DNA of 64,000 bases from Mesotaenium endlicherianum (lineage: Eukaryota): contig WELA01002782.1 in NCBI GenBank assembly GCA_009602735.1, positions 81,152 to 145,151 of the forward strand. Reading direction: 5' to 3'. The position numbers were made by a program, and so were the translations under genes. This document shows, piece after piece, positions 51,330 to 64,000 of the stretch. The notes beneath the pieces were generated by a model. The model was not told where the DNA came from. It did not search any database and was given only the letters and a program-made list of their open reading frames with translations. How positions within the stretch are numbered: position 1 is the stretch's first letter; the number at the start of each line of letters is the position of its first letter.

Positions 51330-53678
51330 CCCCAACAAAAGCAAGCAAGGGGTTGGAAGCATACCCCCACTAAAGCCCTAAACAGCAAGCAAAGGCAAGC
51401 TAGCCTGCCCCGACTATAACCCTAAGACAGCAAGCAAGCGACTGGCAGCCAGCCCTGACAAAAGAAAGCAAGGGGCTGACAACCAGCCCCGACAAAACTC
51501 AAAAGCAAGCTCGAGGCTAACAGCCAGCCCCGACAAAACTAAGCAAGGCGCTGGCAGCCCGCCCCCACTAAAACCCTAAACAGCAAGCAAAGGCAAGGCA
51601 ACCCGCCCCGACTAAAACTCTAAGAGAGCAAGCAAGGGGCTGGGGGCTGACAACCAGCCCCGACAAAACTCAAAAGCAAGCTCGAGGCTAACAGCCAGCC
51701 TCGACAAAACTAAGCAAGGCGCTGGCAGCCCGCCCCCACTAAAACCCGAAACAGCAAGCAAAGGCAAGGCAGCCCGCCCCGACTAAAACTCTAAGAGAGC
51801 AAGCAAGGGACTGATAACCAGCCTCGACAAAACTCAAAAGCAAGCTCAGGGCTAACAACCAGCCCCGACAAAACTAAGCAAGGCGCTGGCAGCCCGCCCC
51901 CACTAAAACCCTAAATAGTAAGCAAAGGCAAGCCAGCCCGCCTCGACTAAAACCCTAAGAGAGCACGCAAGGGGCTGACATCCAGCCTCGACAAAACTCA
52001 AAAGCAAGCTCGGGGCTAACAGCCAGTCCCGACAAAACTAAGCAAGGCGCTGGCAGCCTGCCCCCACTAAAACCCTAAACAGCAAGCAAAGGCAAACCAG
52101 CCCGCCCCGACTAAAACCCTAAGACAGCAGGCAAGGGACTGGCAGCCAGCCCTGACAAAAGCAAGCAAGGGGCTGAGAACCAGCCCCGACAAGACTCAAC
52201 AGCAAGCTCGGGGCTAACAGCCAGCCCCACAAAACCAAGCAAGGGGCTAGCAGCTCGCCCTGACAAGAGCATGCAAGGGGCTGCTGCAGCAAAGCAGCGG
52301 CCAGCCCGCCCCGACCAGAGCATGCAAGGGGCGGCTGCAGCACAAAAGACAGACTGCCCCGACCAAAGCACGAGACTAATGCGCAGGGGAGGGGGGGGAG
52401 ACCTGAAACACTTGTTGGAGATTGGTTGCGTGTGGATTGGCGCAAGGCCTGCCGACTCGCTCGTTTTGAAGTTGGGCTGCTTCACACATAAGAGAAGGGA
52501 CAATTTACACACATATAAGATAGACAATAGCACACCAGCAAGGGCACGGTGCTGCAGCCAGACAGCCCCAACCAAAACAAGCAAACGGCAACTGTAGCAC
52601 AGCAGCAGCCAGACAGCATGCCAGACAGCCCCACTCAAAAAAGCAAGGGGCGAGCGGACGCCACTACCAGTAAGAACAGGGCAAAGAGGGAGAAGGGAGA
52701 TAGGGAAGGGCATGGCACCTGATGCACGTGCCGGAAGACGTGTGGCACCAATGAGGGGTGAGTCTGGTAGCTTCTTTTTCACGCCTTCCTCACTGACACA
52801 AGACACACAGAAGCGCATAGCGTCGTCAAAACAGAAGCAGCAACCCCAATCAAGCAAGCAAGGGGCGAGCTGCTGCAGCACCACAGCAGCCAGACAGCAT
52901 GCACCAGACAGCATTCAAAGGGCGGCTGCTGCAGCCAGACAGCAGGTAGGCAGCCTGTCCCACCAACAGCAAATAAGGGGCTGGCAGCCAGTCCCAACAC
53001 AAGCAAGCAAGGGGTTGGCAGCCCCCACATAAGAAAGCAAGGGGCTGGCAGCCAGCCCCGACCACAGCAAACAAGGGGCACGAGAGAGAACGGGGAAGAG
53101 GAAGGAGGTTTAAGGCACCTGTCCACGGGTCAATGTCGCTCACGCGTTAATGGGCACACGTGGGGTAGGCACAAGGGGGGTCTACTCGCTCCTTATTGTC
53201 TTGCCTTGCTTCACAAAAGACAAAAAAGGAGACAAAGCTGTAAAAAGATGCAACAGACAGCTAGCCCTAATCTACAGGACACAAACACGCAAGCACGAGG
53301 GAGAAAGTTCACAATCAGCAGAACAACAAATGTGCAATGGGTGCACAAAAACAGCAGCCCAGTTAGAAAAGGAAGGAAGCAAGAATGAACAACACAAGCA
53401 CAGCAGGTTGCAGATAGAGCTGGTGCAAATGTGGACTAAAATCTCAAAATTGTAAGCAAGGGGATGCCAGCCAGCCCCGTGAAAATCGAGCAAGGGGTTG
53501 GCAGCCCACCCCCACTAAAACCCTGAAACAGCAAGCAAGGGGCTAGCTGCCAGCCTCGACAGAAGCAAGCAAAGGGGCACAACAGCAGCCAGCCCCAATA
53601 AAAACCCTGACTTAACAAGCAAGAGGCTGGCAGCCCACCCCGACTTAAACCCATTGCAAGCAAGGGGCTGGCAGCCAG
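51330..53678. repeat. Minisatellite (about 33-40-bp monomer with palindromic core) including a ~165-bp higher-order repeat
   Basis: Monomer GCAAGCAAGGGGCTGGCAGCCAGCCCC. Higher-order units begin CCCACTAAA(A/G)CCC at about 51365, 51564, 51735, 51899 and 52062. Partly interrupted by unique sequence. Confidence 0.85.
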
Positions 53679-54409
53679 TGAAAGGGGCAGAGTGCCCTAG
53701 TGGAAGCGTAGTGACTCACGAGGAAAGGAACTAGTTGCCATCATACTAGAGAGTGCAGCGGCATATCACTAACAAAACTTAGGAAAATTACTCAACATGT
53801 TGAGTAGCAGGAAACTGCTCACAAATGATGTAGGATGAAAGGCCTTGTCATTACAAACCCGTAGAAATTTACAGAAGTGAAAACTGATAAGAAACAAAGA
53901 AGTTATGCCTATTTATAATTTTCTGCCTAAGTTCTCCTCCCTAGGAGGAAGCTACGGATTTTCCTAAGTGTTCGTCAAATCGTCCCTTCCAGAATATTCG
54001 TGAGTAAGCCAGATCAGTCTAATCTGACGTGTCGGGCCGAATTGACGTCCACATACATGCATCGACATTACTAGAATATTCTATCTTAGACGCGCTAGGC
54101 TAAACCGAAACTTCTAGGTAAATCGACCTAGTCGGCACTCCGCGTCAGCCGAACTTACGTGAAGGTTCGAGTTCATTCTAACGGGCCAGATCGCTCGACG
54201 CTGTCGGTCAATCCGACGGTCGCGCTCACCGCGAATTAAGGACAGTCGTCAACCGACCTCAAAACTAATTAAACTTCGGAAATCCATAACTCTCTCAATA
54301 CTTGACCAAATTCGATGAACTTTATATCAAAATGACCACAAAAATGCACTCTACACTACTATACAATCAAAACATACTTTCATGATACTCAAAAATGCAC
54401 TTCATAAAC

Positions 54410-57400
54410 CTATGACCTTACATCATCCCCCTTCTCAAGATGCGACGTCCTCGACGCATTCTGCAGATAACGTCTCAACTTACTCTTACAATGAGTCAAG
54501 TTGGCCTCTGGCTCCCAAGTGTTGTCGTCCGCATGGTAGCCTTTCCACTTGACCAGATACTCTTGGACAACTCGTTGACCTCGCTTGACTCGTCGATCGC
54601 CGACAATCGCCTCCACTTCATACTCCAATACATCATCGATCTCGACCGGTGGTGGCGGTGTAGGTAGTCGTCCTGGATGTCCTTCATTCGGGTCAACGTA
54701 TGGCCGTAGACAACTGACATGGAACACATCATGGATACGCCATCCTGGAGGAAGTTCCAACTTGTAGGTCACTAGATTCACCTGCTTGAGCACTTCAAAG
54801 GGACCTGTAAACCGTGCCCGCAGTTTCCTCTTGCCTGTGAAAGGTAGGTTCTCTGTGGACAAGAGTACTTTGTCGCCCACTTGGAATGTCACTTCCCTCC
54901 TGTGCTTGTTAGCATGCTTGACCTGCTCTTGTTGTGCCTTCCGAATACACGTCTTCGCCATATCCCAAGTCTTGGCCATCTGCTCCATAAAAGCTTGTGT
55001 AGTAGGAACCTGAGTCTCCTTGGCCTTCTCCAACAAGATGTTCCCTGGATGATATACTTCTCTCCCATAAACCATAGCGAATGGTGACTGCTTGGTCGAT
55101 CCCTGCATGCTGTTGTTGTAGGCAAACTCCAACCCTGGTAGCTTCTTGTCCCACTCTGAAGGGTCTTCCATAGTGAAACTCCTGAGCACCTCTTGCAGAG
55201 TTCTGTTGAGCCTCTCACTCTGCCCATCTGTCTGAGGGTGATAGGAAGTGCTCATACTCAGCTTGGTCCCCATCAAAGTAAACAATGACCGCCAAAAGTT
55301 GCTAGTAAACCTTGGATCTCGATCTGAAACAATCACCTTCGGCAACCCATGTAGCCTAAAAATATGATCAAAGAATAGCCGTGCCACATCTGCTGCCGTA
55401 GAAGTCTCCTTCATGGGAATGAAGTGAGCCATCTTGCTGAGTCTGTCAGACACTACCCATACTGCATCGTGCCCTTGACCACTGACTGGTAACGATGTGA
55501 TGAAGTCCATAGCAATCTGCTCCCAAGGATACTCTGGAATAGGCAGGGGTCGCAATGTACCTCCCTTCTTTTGATTTGGTGTCTTGTTTCTCTGGCACGC
55601 ATCGCAACTCCTGATCCACTCCTCGATGTCCTTGTCCATATTTCTCCAGTAATATTCCCGCTTCAGCACGCTTGCCGTCTTCTCGCTTCCAAAGTGTCCA
55701 GCATATAAGCAGTCATGATGCTCCGTAAGTAGTAAGTCTCGTAGCTCCTTGATGTCAGGTACCACCACTCTCTTGGAATCACCATAATACCATATGCCGT
55801 CCTTCTTCTGCATACTCGAGTTGAACTCAGCTGCTCCACCATCAGCAAACTCTGGGTCCTCCTCATAACCTCTCTGAAGCTTCTCCTTGAAGTCCATATT
55901 CTCCTTGATGACTGAGACAGCTGCAAGGTCACACCTCCTGGATAAAGCGTCTGCAGGGTTGATCTTCCCAGGTAAGTACTCAATCTTGTGGTCGAACTGT
56001 TGCAGAAACTCCATCCACCTTGCCTGTCTTGGTGTCAACGTTGGCTGCGTCATAAACTTCTCCAAGCTCTTGTGGTCGGTCTTGATGAACACCTTCCGGC
56101 CGTCCACATAACATCGCCAAATCCTCAAAGCCTGGATAATAGCCAACATCTCTCGCTCGTGTGCTGCATAGTTCTGCTCCGCAGGACTCAACTTCCTGCT
56201 CTCATATGCCACAGGCTGCAATCCTTTGCCCTGGTCCTGGAGAAGAATGGCTCCCACTGCAAAGTTTGATGCGTCCGTGATGATGGTGAAAGGAAGCTCT
56301 GGACTGGCAATTGCCAACACAGGTGCCTGTGTTAACAGCTCCTTAATCTTCTCGAAGGCTTGCTGCTCCTTGTCACCCCATAGCCACTTCTCCTGCTTCT
56401 TCAACATGTCCGTGAGCGGTGCACACACCTTGGCAAATCCTTCAATGAAACGTCGATAATAATTCGCCATGCCGAGGAAACTCCTGAGTTGATGAATATC
56501 AGCAGGTACCGGCCAATCTCTGACTGCTTGCACCTTCTTCTGCTCCACCTTGACTCCTTCAGCTCCCACTATGTGTCCAAGAAACTCGACCTCCTTGAGA
56601 CAGAAGTCGCACTTGCTCATCTTCCCATACAGCTTTTGATCTCTCAAGACCTCCAACACCTTCCTCAGATGCCCCACATGCTCCTCCAAGGTCTTCGAAT
56701 AGATCAGGATGTCGTCCAAAAATACCACCACAAACTGGTCCAAGTAGGGTCTGAAGATACTATTCATGAGTCCCATGAATGTAGCAGGTGCATTAGTCAA
56801 TCCAAAAGGCATGACTGTGAACTCGAACAAACCATAGCGAGTTCTGAAAGCAGTCTTCTGAACGTCTCCTTCCGCAATCCGTACCTGGTGATAGCCACTC
56901 CTCAAATCGATCTTCGAGAAATACTTCGCCCCGACAAGCCTGTCAATCAACTCGTCCACTCGTGGAAGTGGGTACCTGTTCTTGATGGTGACCTTGTTGA
57001 GTGCCCGGTAGTCGACACACATCCTCATAGTCCCATCCTTCTTCTTCACAAATAAGACTGGCGCTGCAAATGGAGACTCGCTGGGTCGGATGAATCCCTT
57101 CTCCAATAACTCCGTCAGTTGCTTCTTTAACTCATCCAACTCCGCAAACGATTGTCGATAGGCGGGTCTCACTGGTGGCTTGCTCCCTGGTTCCAACTCA
57201 ATCTTGTGCTCCATAGCTCTCTGTGGAGGTAATCCTGTAGGTAGTTCCTCAGGAAACACGCACTTGAACTCCTCCAACAGCGCCTTAATTTGGGCAGGCA
57301 TCTCAGCAGGCTTCTTCTCTTGAGCAGTTGGGCTCTGCTCCTTCTGAGCAAGGGGATCAGACACCACTACTTGCTCCTCCGGCGATGTACATTCGCCCAG

Positions 57401-58093
57401 GCTGTTAGGATTCACGCTTGCTCCATCTGATGACCTGGCCAGGGCCACCGAAACAAGGTACATCTCCTTCACCTGATTCGCCCTGCATAGCTTCTTAACT
57501 TGCAGGCTCGACAGAAGACAGTTACTTGTGGTCGTATCTACCTCCACCTGTTTCGCTGTCTCCATTCGACCATCACGCCCTTGGACTTTCACTTGTCCTG
57601 TGCTCCAGTGCACTTGAGGGTTGGCTTTCCTCAGCCATGGTCGGCCCAATATCACCTCATGGTGACCCAACTCTGCCTGCTCCATAACTTCCTTACTCCG
57701 GTGCCCCGCTACTTCCACGTGAATAGCTTCCGTAGGTGCACCACACTTGAGTCTCTGCCCATTTGCCAAAATTGCCTCCTTAGGCTCATAATGCTTCTGC
57801 ACAGGGACTCGCCACTCTTTCACCAGCTTCTTGTGCACAAAGTTTGCACTTGCGCCACTGTCGACCATACACTTCGCATTGTTGCCGTCGACCACTCCTT
57901 CCACGATGATAGGCTTGTCAACGTCTCGTCCTTTGCTTCTCGGCAGGCTCCTGGGGATAACCTCCTTGTGAGTTCTCGTCTTCACGCCAGTAGACACCCC
58001 AGAACGACTTACTGGCGTCCTCCTTTTTCCTGCTGTTGAGGTTGCTTCGCCTTCACATGACAGTCTCGAGCCAGATGTCCAAGCTTGCCGCAA
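54410..58093 (-). CDS. pol: Chromovirus Pol (PR-RT-RH-IN-chromodomain), in the -1 frame relative to gag
   Basis: [39 protein letters not shown] motif and chromodomain [24 protein letters not shown]. Open for 1227 codons; the stop lies inside the 3' LTR. Confidence 0.96.
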   Translation of the reverse strand: MRQAWTSGSRLSCEGEATSTAGKRRTPVSRSGVSTGVKTRTHKEVIPRSLPRSKGRDVDKPIIVEGVVDGNNAKCMVDSGASANFVHKKLVKEWRVPVQKHYEPKEAILANGQRLKCGAPTEAIHVEVAGHRSKEVMEQAELGHHEVILGRPWLRKANPQVHWSTGQVKVQGRDGRMETAKQVEVDTTTSNCLLSSLQVKKLCRANQVKEMYLVSVALARSSDGASVNPNSLGECTSPEEQVVVSDPLAQKEQSPTAQEKKPAEMPAQIKALLEEFKCVFPEELPTGLPPQRAMEHKIELEPGSKPPVRPAYRQSFAELDELKKQLTELLEKGFIRPSESPFAAPVLFVKKKDGTMRMCVDYRALNKVTIKNRYPLPRVDELIDRLVGAKYFSKIDLRSGYHQVRIAEGDVQKTAFRTRYGLFEFTVMPFGLTNAPATFMGLMNSIFRPYLDQFVVVFLDDILIYSKTLEEHVGHLRKVLEVLRDQKLYGKMSKCDFCLKEVEFLGHIVGAEGVKVEQKKVQAVRDWPVPADIHQLRSFLGMANYYRRFIEGFAKVCAPLTDMLKKQEKWLWGDKEQQAFEKIKELLTQAPVLAIASPELPFTIITDASNFAVGAILLQDQGKGLQPVAYESRKLSPAEQNYAAHEREMLAIIQALRIWRCYVDGRKVFIKTDHKSLEKFMTQPTLTPRQARWMEFLQQFDHKIEYLPGKINPADALSRRCDLAAVSVIKENMDFKEKLQRGYEEDPEFADGGAAEFNSSMQKKDGIWYYGDSKRVVVPDIKELRDLLLTEHHDCLYAGHFGSEKTASVLKREYYWRNMDKDIEEWIRSCDACQRNKTPNQKKGGTLRPLPIPEYPWEQIAMDFITSLPVSGQGHDAVWVVSDRLSKMAHFIPMKETSTAADVARLFFDHIFRLHGLPKVIVSDRDPRFTSNFWRSLFTLMGTKLSMSTSYHPQTDGQSERLNRTLQEVLRSFTMEDPSEWDKKLPGLEFAYNNSMQGSTKQSPFAMVYGREVYHPGNILLEKAKETQVPTTQAFMEQMAKTWDMAKTCIRKAQQEQVKHANKHRREVTFQVGDKVLLSTENLPFTGKRKLRARFTGPFEVLKQVNLVTYKLELPPGWRIHDVFHVSCLRPYVDPNEGHPGRLPTPPPPVEIDDVLEYEVEAIVGDRRVKRGQRVVQEYLVKWKGYHADDNTWEPEANLTHCKSKLRRYLQNASRTSHLEKGDDVRS

Positions 58094-59040
58094 CTATAGC
58101 ACGGTCCTCTCGGCTTGAAATTCTGCTGCCTGCGCTGGTACTGCACAAGTCCCAACTCCATGGGTACTGGACCTTGAACACTCGTGCTTGGCGCTTGAGA
58201 TCCAAAGTGTCGATATCCTCCAAAGTTGTGGCTGCCCCACTGCCTCTGACTATACTCCACAGCGTCGACCCTTGTTGCCAATGCCATCATTTCTCCAAGA
58301 CTGGTAGGGTCCTTGAGCGCCACTTCCTTGGCCACAGTTGGCTTGAGTCCCCTCTTGAACTTGTCCATCATCTCCGACTCGTGCATGGATGGACATTGAA
58401 GCACCAGCTCGTTGAAGCGCGATACATACTCTTGAACGCTTGCTCGTTGACGAAGGCGCACCAATAGATCTCGAGCGGTAGCCTCGGGTGCAATAGGTTG
58501 AAATTGCCTCTTCAAGCCTTCAAATAGCTGATCAACAGTAGCAGGAACTCCAGACAGCTGCTCTTCTCGTTCATACCAAGCTCCAGCACTCTTCTGCAGC
58601 AAAGTTATGACAAAGGCGACTTGCCTGTCGGGCGTGAGCGCAGAATACTCCATAAACTTCTTCACTCCAAAAATCCATTGATGAACAGGCGGCGATCCAC
58701 GCTCTCCAGTATAAACTTCAGGCTTAGGCGCACGCACTCCTGATGCGGGTGGAATAACTGGTTGCACCACTGGGTTAACATGAATCGGTGGTACAACAGG
58801 TGCAGGTGCCGAACTCGTCGAAGCGGCGTTCCCCATAACAACTCGCACCATTCTCTCCACCTCCGCGCGCATATTTTGTTGAAACTGGGTGTAGACTTCT
58901 CCTCCAATTGCATTTGCCATTTGTCTTAGCATCGCCTGCATCTCTTGTTGCTCTCTGGTCATTGTTGGTGCTGCCTGCTGCCCCGCGCGCTCAACATGCT
59001 CGACATGTTCGCCTCCTCCAGCTGCCGGCTGCGACTCCAT
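58009..59040 (-). CDS. gag: Chromovirus Gag
   Basis: 343 aa. [51 protein letters not shown]. Confidence 0.93.
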   Translation of the reverse strand: MESQPAAGGGEHVEHVERAGQQAAPTMTREQQEMQAMLRQMANAIGGEVYTQFQQNMRAEVERMVRVVMGNAASTSSAPAPVVPPIHVNPVVQPVIPPASGVRAPKPEVYTGERGSPPVHQWIFGVKKFMEYSALTPDRQVAFVITLLQKSAGAWYEREEQLSGVPATVDQLFEGLKRQFQPIAPEATARDLLVRLRQRASVQEYVSRFNELVLQCPSMHESEMMDKFKRGLKPTVAKEVALKDPTSLGEMMALATRVDAVEYSQRQWGSHNFGGYRHFGSQAPSTSVQGPVPMELGLVQYQRRQQNFKPRGPCYSCGKLGHLARDCHVKAKQPQQQEKGGRQ

Positions 59041-59821
59041 AATATAATATGCAAACTAGCCCTGCTCCGATACCAGATGAAAGGGGCAGAGTGCCCTAGT
59101 GGAAGCGTAGTGACTCACGAGGAAAGGAACTAGTTGCCATCATACTAGAGAGTGCAGCGGCATATCACTAACAAAGCTTAGGAAAATTACTCAACATTTT
59201 GAGTAGCAGGAAACTGCTCACAAATGATGTAGGATGAAAGGCCTTGTCATTACAAACCCGTAGAAATTTACAGAAGTGAAAACTGATAAGAAACAAAGAA
59301 GTTATGCCTATTTATAATTTTCTGCCTAAGTGCTCCTCCCTAGGAGGAAGCTACGGATTTTCCTAAGTGTTCGTCAAATCGTCCCTTCCAGAATATTCGT
59401 GAGTAAGCCAGATCAGTCTAATCTGACGTGTCGGGCCGAATTGACGTCCACATACATGCATCGACATTACTAGAATATTCTATCTTAGACGCGCTAGGCT
59501 AAACCGAAACTTCTAGGTAAATCGACCTAGTCGGCACTCCGCGTCAGCCGAACTTACGTGAAGGTTCGAGTTCATTCTAACGGGCCAGATCGCTCGACGC
59601 TGTCGGTCAATCCGACGGTCGCGCTCACCGCGAATTAAGGACAGTCGTCAACCGACCTCAAAACTAATTAAACTTCGGAAATCCATAACTCTCTCAATAC
59701 TTGACCAAATTCGATGAACTTTATATCAAAATGACCACAAAAATGCATTCTACACTACTATACAATCAAAACATACTTTCATGATAATCAAAAATGCACT
59801 TCATAAACCTATGACCTTACA

Positions 59822-60982
59822 GCCAGCCCCAACAAAAGCAAGCAAGGGGCACAACAATAGCCAGCCCCGACTAAAACCCTAAACCAGCAAGAGGGGCTGG
59901 CAGCCAGCCCCAACACAAGCAAGCAAGGGGCTGGCAGCCAGCACCCCAAAAAGCAAGCAAGGGGCTGGCAGCCAGCTCCGACACAAGGAAGCAAGGGGCT
60001 GGTTGCCAGTCTCGACAAAAGCACGCAAGGGGCTGGCTGCCAGCCCCCTTAAGAGCAAGCAAGGGGCTGGTTGCCAGCCCCCCAAAAGCAAGCAAGGGGC
60101 TGGCAGCCAGCCCCAACACTAGCAATGAAGGGGCTGGTTGCCAGCCCCGACACAATGAAGCAAGGGGCTGGTTGCCAGCCCCGACACAGGCACGCAAGGG
60201 GCTGGCTGCCAGTCCCCCTAAGAGCAAGCAAGGGGCTGGTTGCCAGCCCCCCAAAGGCAAGCAAGGGGCTGGCAGCCAGCCCCAACACAAGCAATGAAGG
60301 GGCTAGCAGCCAGCCCCAACATAAGCAAGCAAGGGGCTGGCAGCCAGCCCCGACTCAGGCAAACAAGGGGCTGGCTGCCAGCCCCGACACAAACAAGCAA
60401 GGGGCTGGTTGCCAGCCCCCCAAAAAGCAAACAAGGGGCTGGCAGCCAGCCCCGACACAAGAAAGCAAGGGGTTGGTTGCCAACCTCGACAAAAGCACGC
60501 AAGAGGCTGGCTACCAGCCCCCCTAGGAGCAAGCAAGGGGCTGGTTGCCAGCCCCCCAAAAGCAAGCAAGGGGCTGGTAGCCAGCCCCAATACAAGCAAT
60601 GAAGGGGCTGGTTGCCGGCCCTGATACAATGAAGCAAGGGGCAGCCAGCCCCAACACAAGCAAGCAAGGGGCTGGCAGCCAACCCCGACACAGGCAAACA
60701 AGGGGCTGGTTGCCAGCCCCGACACAAAGCAAGCAAGGGGCTGGCAGCCAACCCCGACACAGGCAAACGAGGGACTAGTTGCCGACCCCGACACAAGCAA
60801 GCAAGGAAATGATTGCCAGCCCCCCAAAAAGCAAGCAAGGGGTTGGCAGCCAGCCTTGGCACAAGCAAGTAAGGGGCTGGTTGTCAGCCCCGAAAAAAGC
60901 ACCGAGGGGCTGGCAGCCAGCCCCCCTAAGAGCAAGCAAGGGGTTGGCAGCCAGCCCCAACAATAGCAAGCAAGGGGCTGGT
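59822..60982. repeat. Continuation of the palindromic minisatellite
   Basis: About 30 tandem units of the form AGCAAGGGGCTGG(CA/TT/CT)GCCAGCCCC-N. Confidence 0.92.
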
Positions 60983-62328
60983 CGCAAAGAGGGCAAGAGG
61001 GGATGGACGCACCTGAGAGATGTTGGTGGTGAGGCGCGTGAGCGTGAAGACGGCGCCACCTTGTAGTACAAAACGGGCTTGAATCACGCCGTCCACTCCA
61101 GCTTTGGCCCGTCCGCTGCTGGCCTGGATGTGCTACAGCCTGAGGGGAGGGAGCAGCCGATAACAAAAGGGCAGCTTAGATCAACTTGTGAAAAAAGCAA
61201 ATGCAGCCCGTGGAGGCAAGGAGCAGCTAGCGCTTGCAGACGAGCTGTGCCTACGCCTATGCCCTCCAGCCCCCCCCTCCCCCCTACCTTCACATGCCCG
61301 CACAACAAGAAGGTGCAGGCTTGGTTGCTGCAAGAGCATACCTGAATGTTGAAGTTCAATGGCAAGGCAGGAAGAACAATCGCTGTCGTAGCCTTAGAGC
61401 TTCTTCTAAACCCTTGAAAATGCTGGAATAAGAAATAAAATAATAGCAGAACCGTTAGGCATGCCTAGTAGTAGTAACACATGCTAGATATGTCCCCAAA
61501 CACAATATTTACATAATGTGGATTTGCTAAATACGAACCTAGCAGGCCATTGAAGAAGAACAGGTCTCCTGAGGAATCTGAATAAAGGAGGGACAGAGAA
61601 ATATGGGGGAACTTCTCAACCTTAAAAAATAGCCGACGATACCAGGTGCAACCAGCCACAGCCTCGTGTGAGGTTCCCTGAATACACACGAAGGGACAAT
61701 GTGAGACATAGTAAGCACAACGTACGGGATCAACAACAGAGAGAGGACGTGAATGAATAACATGTAGCCACCTACTCTTGCAAGCAATTGGTATCATACA
61801 AAATCCAAGGTTTCATGGAAGAAACCTTATTACAGTGTACAAAGAGGAATGCAAGGCTAGCAAGGTCCTAAATGCAAAAGTAAGAAAACTTACGATGAAT
61901 AGCAGGTGCAAAATGCAAAGAAAGGCGCTAGAAGTCTCTTAAGTAGGCTCCGCAAAATTGGCCAAAAGGATTGTAGCTTGTAAGAAATGCAGCAACTCAA
62001 GCAGATGTACGTTCAAGAGTTGGAGGCAAAAATTGAAATGGCTGGTGGCCAAAATATTGGTGAAAAGGCTAGTGACTTTTTTTTAGTTCCCGCCGTTGCT
62101 CCACAAACCTGTTAAGATGCACTTGGTAGTTTGAATCCCGTCGATCGACAATGTATGCAAAGTCACGAGTGAAACAGAGCGTGCGGTGGCGAACGTGAAG
62201 GTGTCAAAACGTTGCTGGGCGGCGCGCACGAATAAAAAGTTAATTGTACGCTTAGTACGAGCGTACCGACGCAGTACGCTTATTTAAGCGTACGAAGGTT
62301 GGCCAATACGGCGTACGGCGTAACCCTG

Positions 62329-63994
62329 CCCAGTTGTCGACCGCGGCGCCGATGGGAAAGAGCACGTCCTGCCCTAGTAGTACGTCAAAGGACTCTGAAG
62401 AAGTGACGAGCGCGTGCCAATCGATGGTCGTCTCGTCTGCAGTGCTTGGGCGGATAGTGAACCGCAATGCCAGCCTTGTGCGACCTGTGACGGACTTGGA
62501 GGTGCCGGCCGCGGTGTTGATGCGCGTCGGCGAGTCCTCCAAGTCGGCCGAAGAGAGTCCCAGCCGATGGAAGTAGCGCAGGCCGATGAGGACCGGCTGC
62601 GCGCCCGTGTCGAACATGATGCGCTGCGGCGCCTGGGTGTTGACAAGCACGATCCCCTGCAAATTATCCAAAAACGCGACGTTAGGAGTGATCATTCTGC
62701 GCTCATGCGCAAGGCGTGCTGGAGCAGATTGCACCGCGGTTGCGGCATCGACTGTAGGTCTGCCAATGGCAGCGCGCACAGTGTCTGCGCGTGACCGGAG
62801 CAGCAATTGAGCGGCTTGCCTCGTCGCCTCCAAGGAAACGCCGAGCTCCGCAAAGGAGACCGCCGACATGCGGTGCAGTGCCAGCGAGATGACTTTGACG
62901 CTGAGCTGCACCGTCGTCATCGGCGAGGCGAGCGCGTGTGACGCGGGCTCCGTTGGGGCTGCTGGCGTCTCCAGCACGCAAAACAAACGGGGCAGGCGCG
63001 GCGCCTCCTCCGTCCGTTGACTCTGGTCTCGCCCGTCGCGCTTCTGCGGCGCTGCATGCCGGCCGGCTGGTGCCACAAACGTGTGCTCGCGAGTAGCGCG
63101 ACCGATCGCAGGGCGGCTGCCAAGAGGTTGCGTACGTGCGCAACAGGCCAAAATGGCAGCCGCTGGCGTAGCCTCAAGGCCTGCCGCGTAGCTTGATGCA
63201 CAGTCTGTCGCAAGGCCTACCACGCCGCCTGCCGCGCAGCCTGCCGCAGGGCTTGCCGGGAGGCCTGCCGCAGAGCCTGCCACAGAGCCTGTCGCAGAGC
63301 CTGCCGCAAGGCCTGGCGTGGCGGCTGACGTTGTCATGGCGACTGGCGCGTGTGCGGACGCCGGCACACTCGCATTTGCAGGCGCAAGTGCATGCGTAGC
63401 AGCCGGAAGCGCAGCGATTGTCGAATGCGCAGCTGCAGGATTGGCTCCAGCTGCTGGCGAGCACGCGGCTGCCGAGAGGCTGCCACGTGGCGCCTCTTGG
63501 TGGCTCCTGGAGCCGAGGGGTTGCATCGTCAGACCGGTGTTGACGCAGTCTCGGCTCCCCCGTGCAAAGCTCGTGGCGCCCTTCCCTTGGTGCATTCGCT
63601 TGCTGGAGCCCCTGCAACGCAAAATGCGTTGTTGCCGGGGTTTTCTATGCAGCCAGGGTTTAAGCCCTGGCTGTGCGCAGCCGTGTTGGCGCCGTCGAGA
63701 CCCCGTACGGCAATCTGGGCGCAGGGCGCCGACGGGGTAGCCCCCCCCTGATTGAGGATGGCGGTCGCGGCCGCCAGATTTGCGCTGGCTGGCTGAGCTG
63801 TGCGCGCGTGTCAAGTGGCGGCACGTGTGCGCCTGGAATAAAACCCTGGTTGTACGCAACTGCGGGCGCGCCGTCAGCGCCCTATCCGGGGATCCGGCCA
63901 CACAACGCAATCGGGGTTGCCCCCCCCTGCCTGAAGATAGCGGTCGCAGCCGTTGTCTCTGCACTGGCCGTGCCGGGCTGCGTGTGCGCGCCAA
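62329..63994 (-). pseudogene. Gag-side linker and aspartic protease of the DNMT-carrying Gypsy
   Basis: IMFDTGAQPVLIG...FDVLLGQDVLFPIGAAVDNW. Removing the hAT and one TSD copy joins it in frame to AEHVFY*TD*QSGG at 44369 and below. Confidence 0.8.
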
Positions 63995-64000
63995 GTGGCA

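Larger units (their letters stand above)
53679..59821 (-). mobile_element. Full-length, recently inserted Gypsy chromovirus
   Basis: 744-bp LTRs at 53679-54422 and 59078-59821 (TG...CA; about 5 substitutions counted by eye). TSD GCCAG. tRNA-iMet PBS TGGTATCGGAGCAG at 59075-59062. PPT GAGAAGGGGGATGA at 54436-54423. Intact gag and pol. Confidence 0.97.
44378..62328 (-). mobile_element. hAT DNA transposon, expanded to about 18 kb by nested insertions
   Basis: TIRs CAGGGT(C/T)ACGCCGTACGC at both ends. Perfect 8-bp TSD CCCAGTTG (44370-44377 and 62329-62336). Subterminal TACGC/TTCGC repeats and an internal transposase. Confidence 0.92.
35279..64000 (-). mobile_element. Decayed Gypsy LTR retrotransposon carrying a C5 DNA methyltransferase and a PHD finger; interrupted by nested insertions; 5' end outside the window
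   Basis: Minus-strand order: gag-like/linker (64000-62700), protease (62700-62329, rejoining at 44369), spacer, DNMT (about 42330-41370), RT-RH-IN (40870-36890), PHD (36770-36625), stop 36576-36578, poly-G PPT 36563-36570, LTR 35279-36423. Confidence 0.85.

Noticed and set aside
59822..60982. CRISPR-like array of palindromic repeats
   Set aside because: The spacers are short (about 14-18 nt) and resemble each other, there are no cas genes, and the context is eukaryotic. It is a minisatellite. The overlapping ORFs are repeat artefacts.

Overview
Eukaryotic nuclear DNA with spliceosomal introns, microsatellites and two N-gaps. Gene content suggests a streptophyte, probably a charophyte or zygnematophyte alga (inference). 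Left half, all on +: the 3' exons of a kelch-repeat gene, a complete 7-exon RluA/RluD-family pseudouridine synthase gene, a decayed DIRS retrotransposon fused to a truncated Gypsy 5' end, and an ASI1-like BAH-RRM gene with a 3.9-kb low-complexity exon. Right half (35.3-64 kb): a retroelement nest that can be dissected through target-site duplications (TSDs). The host is a minus-strand Gypsy LTR element whose pol carries a DNMT3-like C5 cytosine methyltransferase between protease and RT, and a PHD finger after integrase. It is interrupted by a solo LTR (TSD CGCAC) and by an 18-kb hAT transposon (TSD CCCAGTTG). That hAT in turn holds a non-autonomous relative, a palindromic minisatellite and a young intact chromovirus (TSD GCCAG). 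All calls come from reading motifs by eye; no database searches were run.
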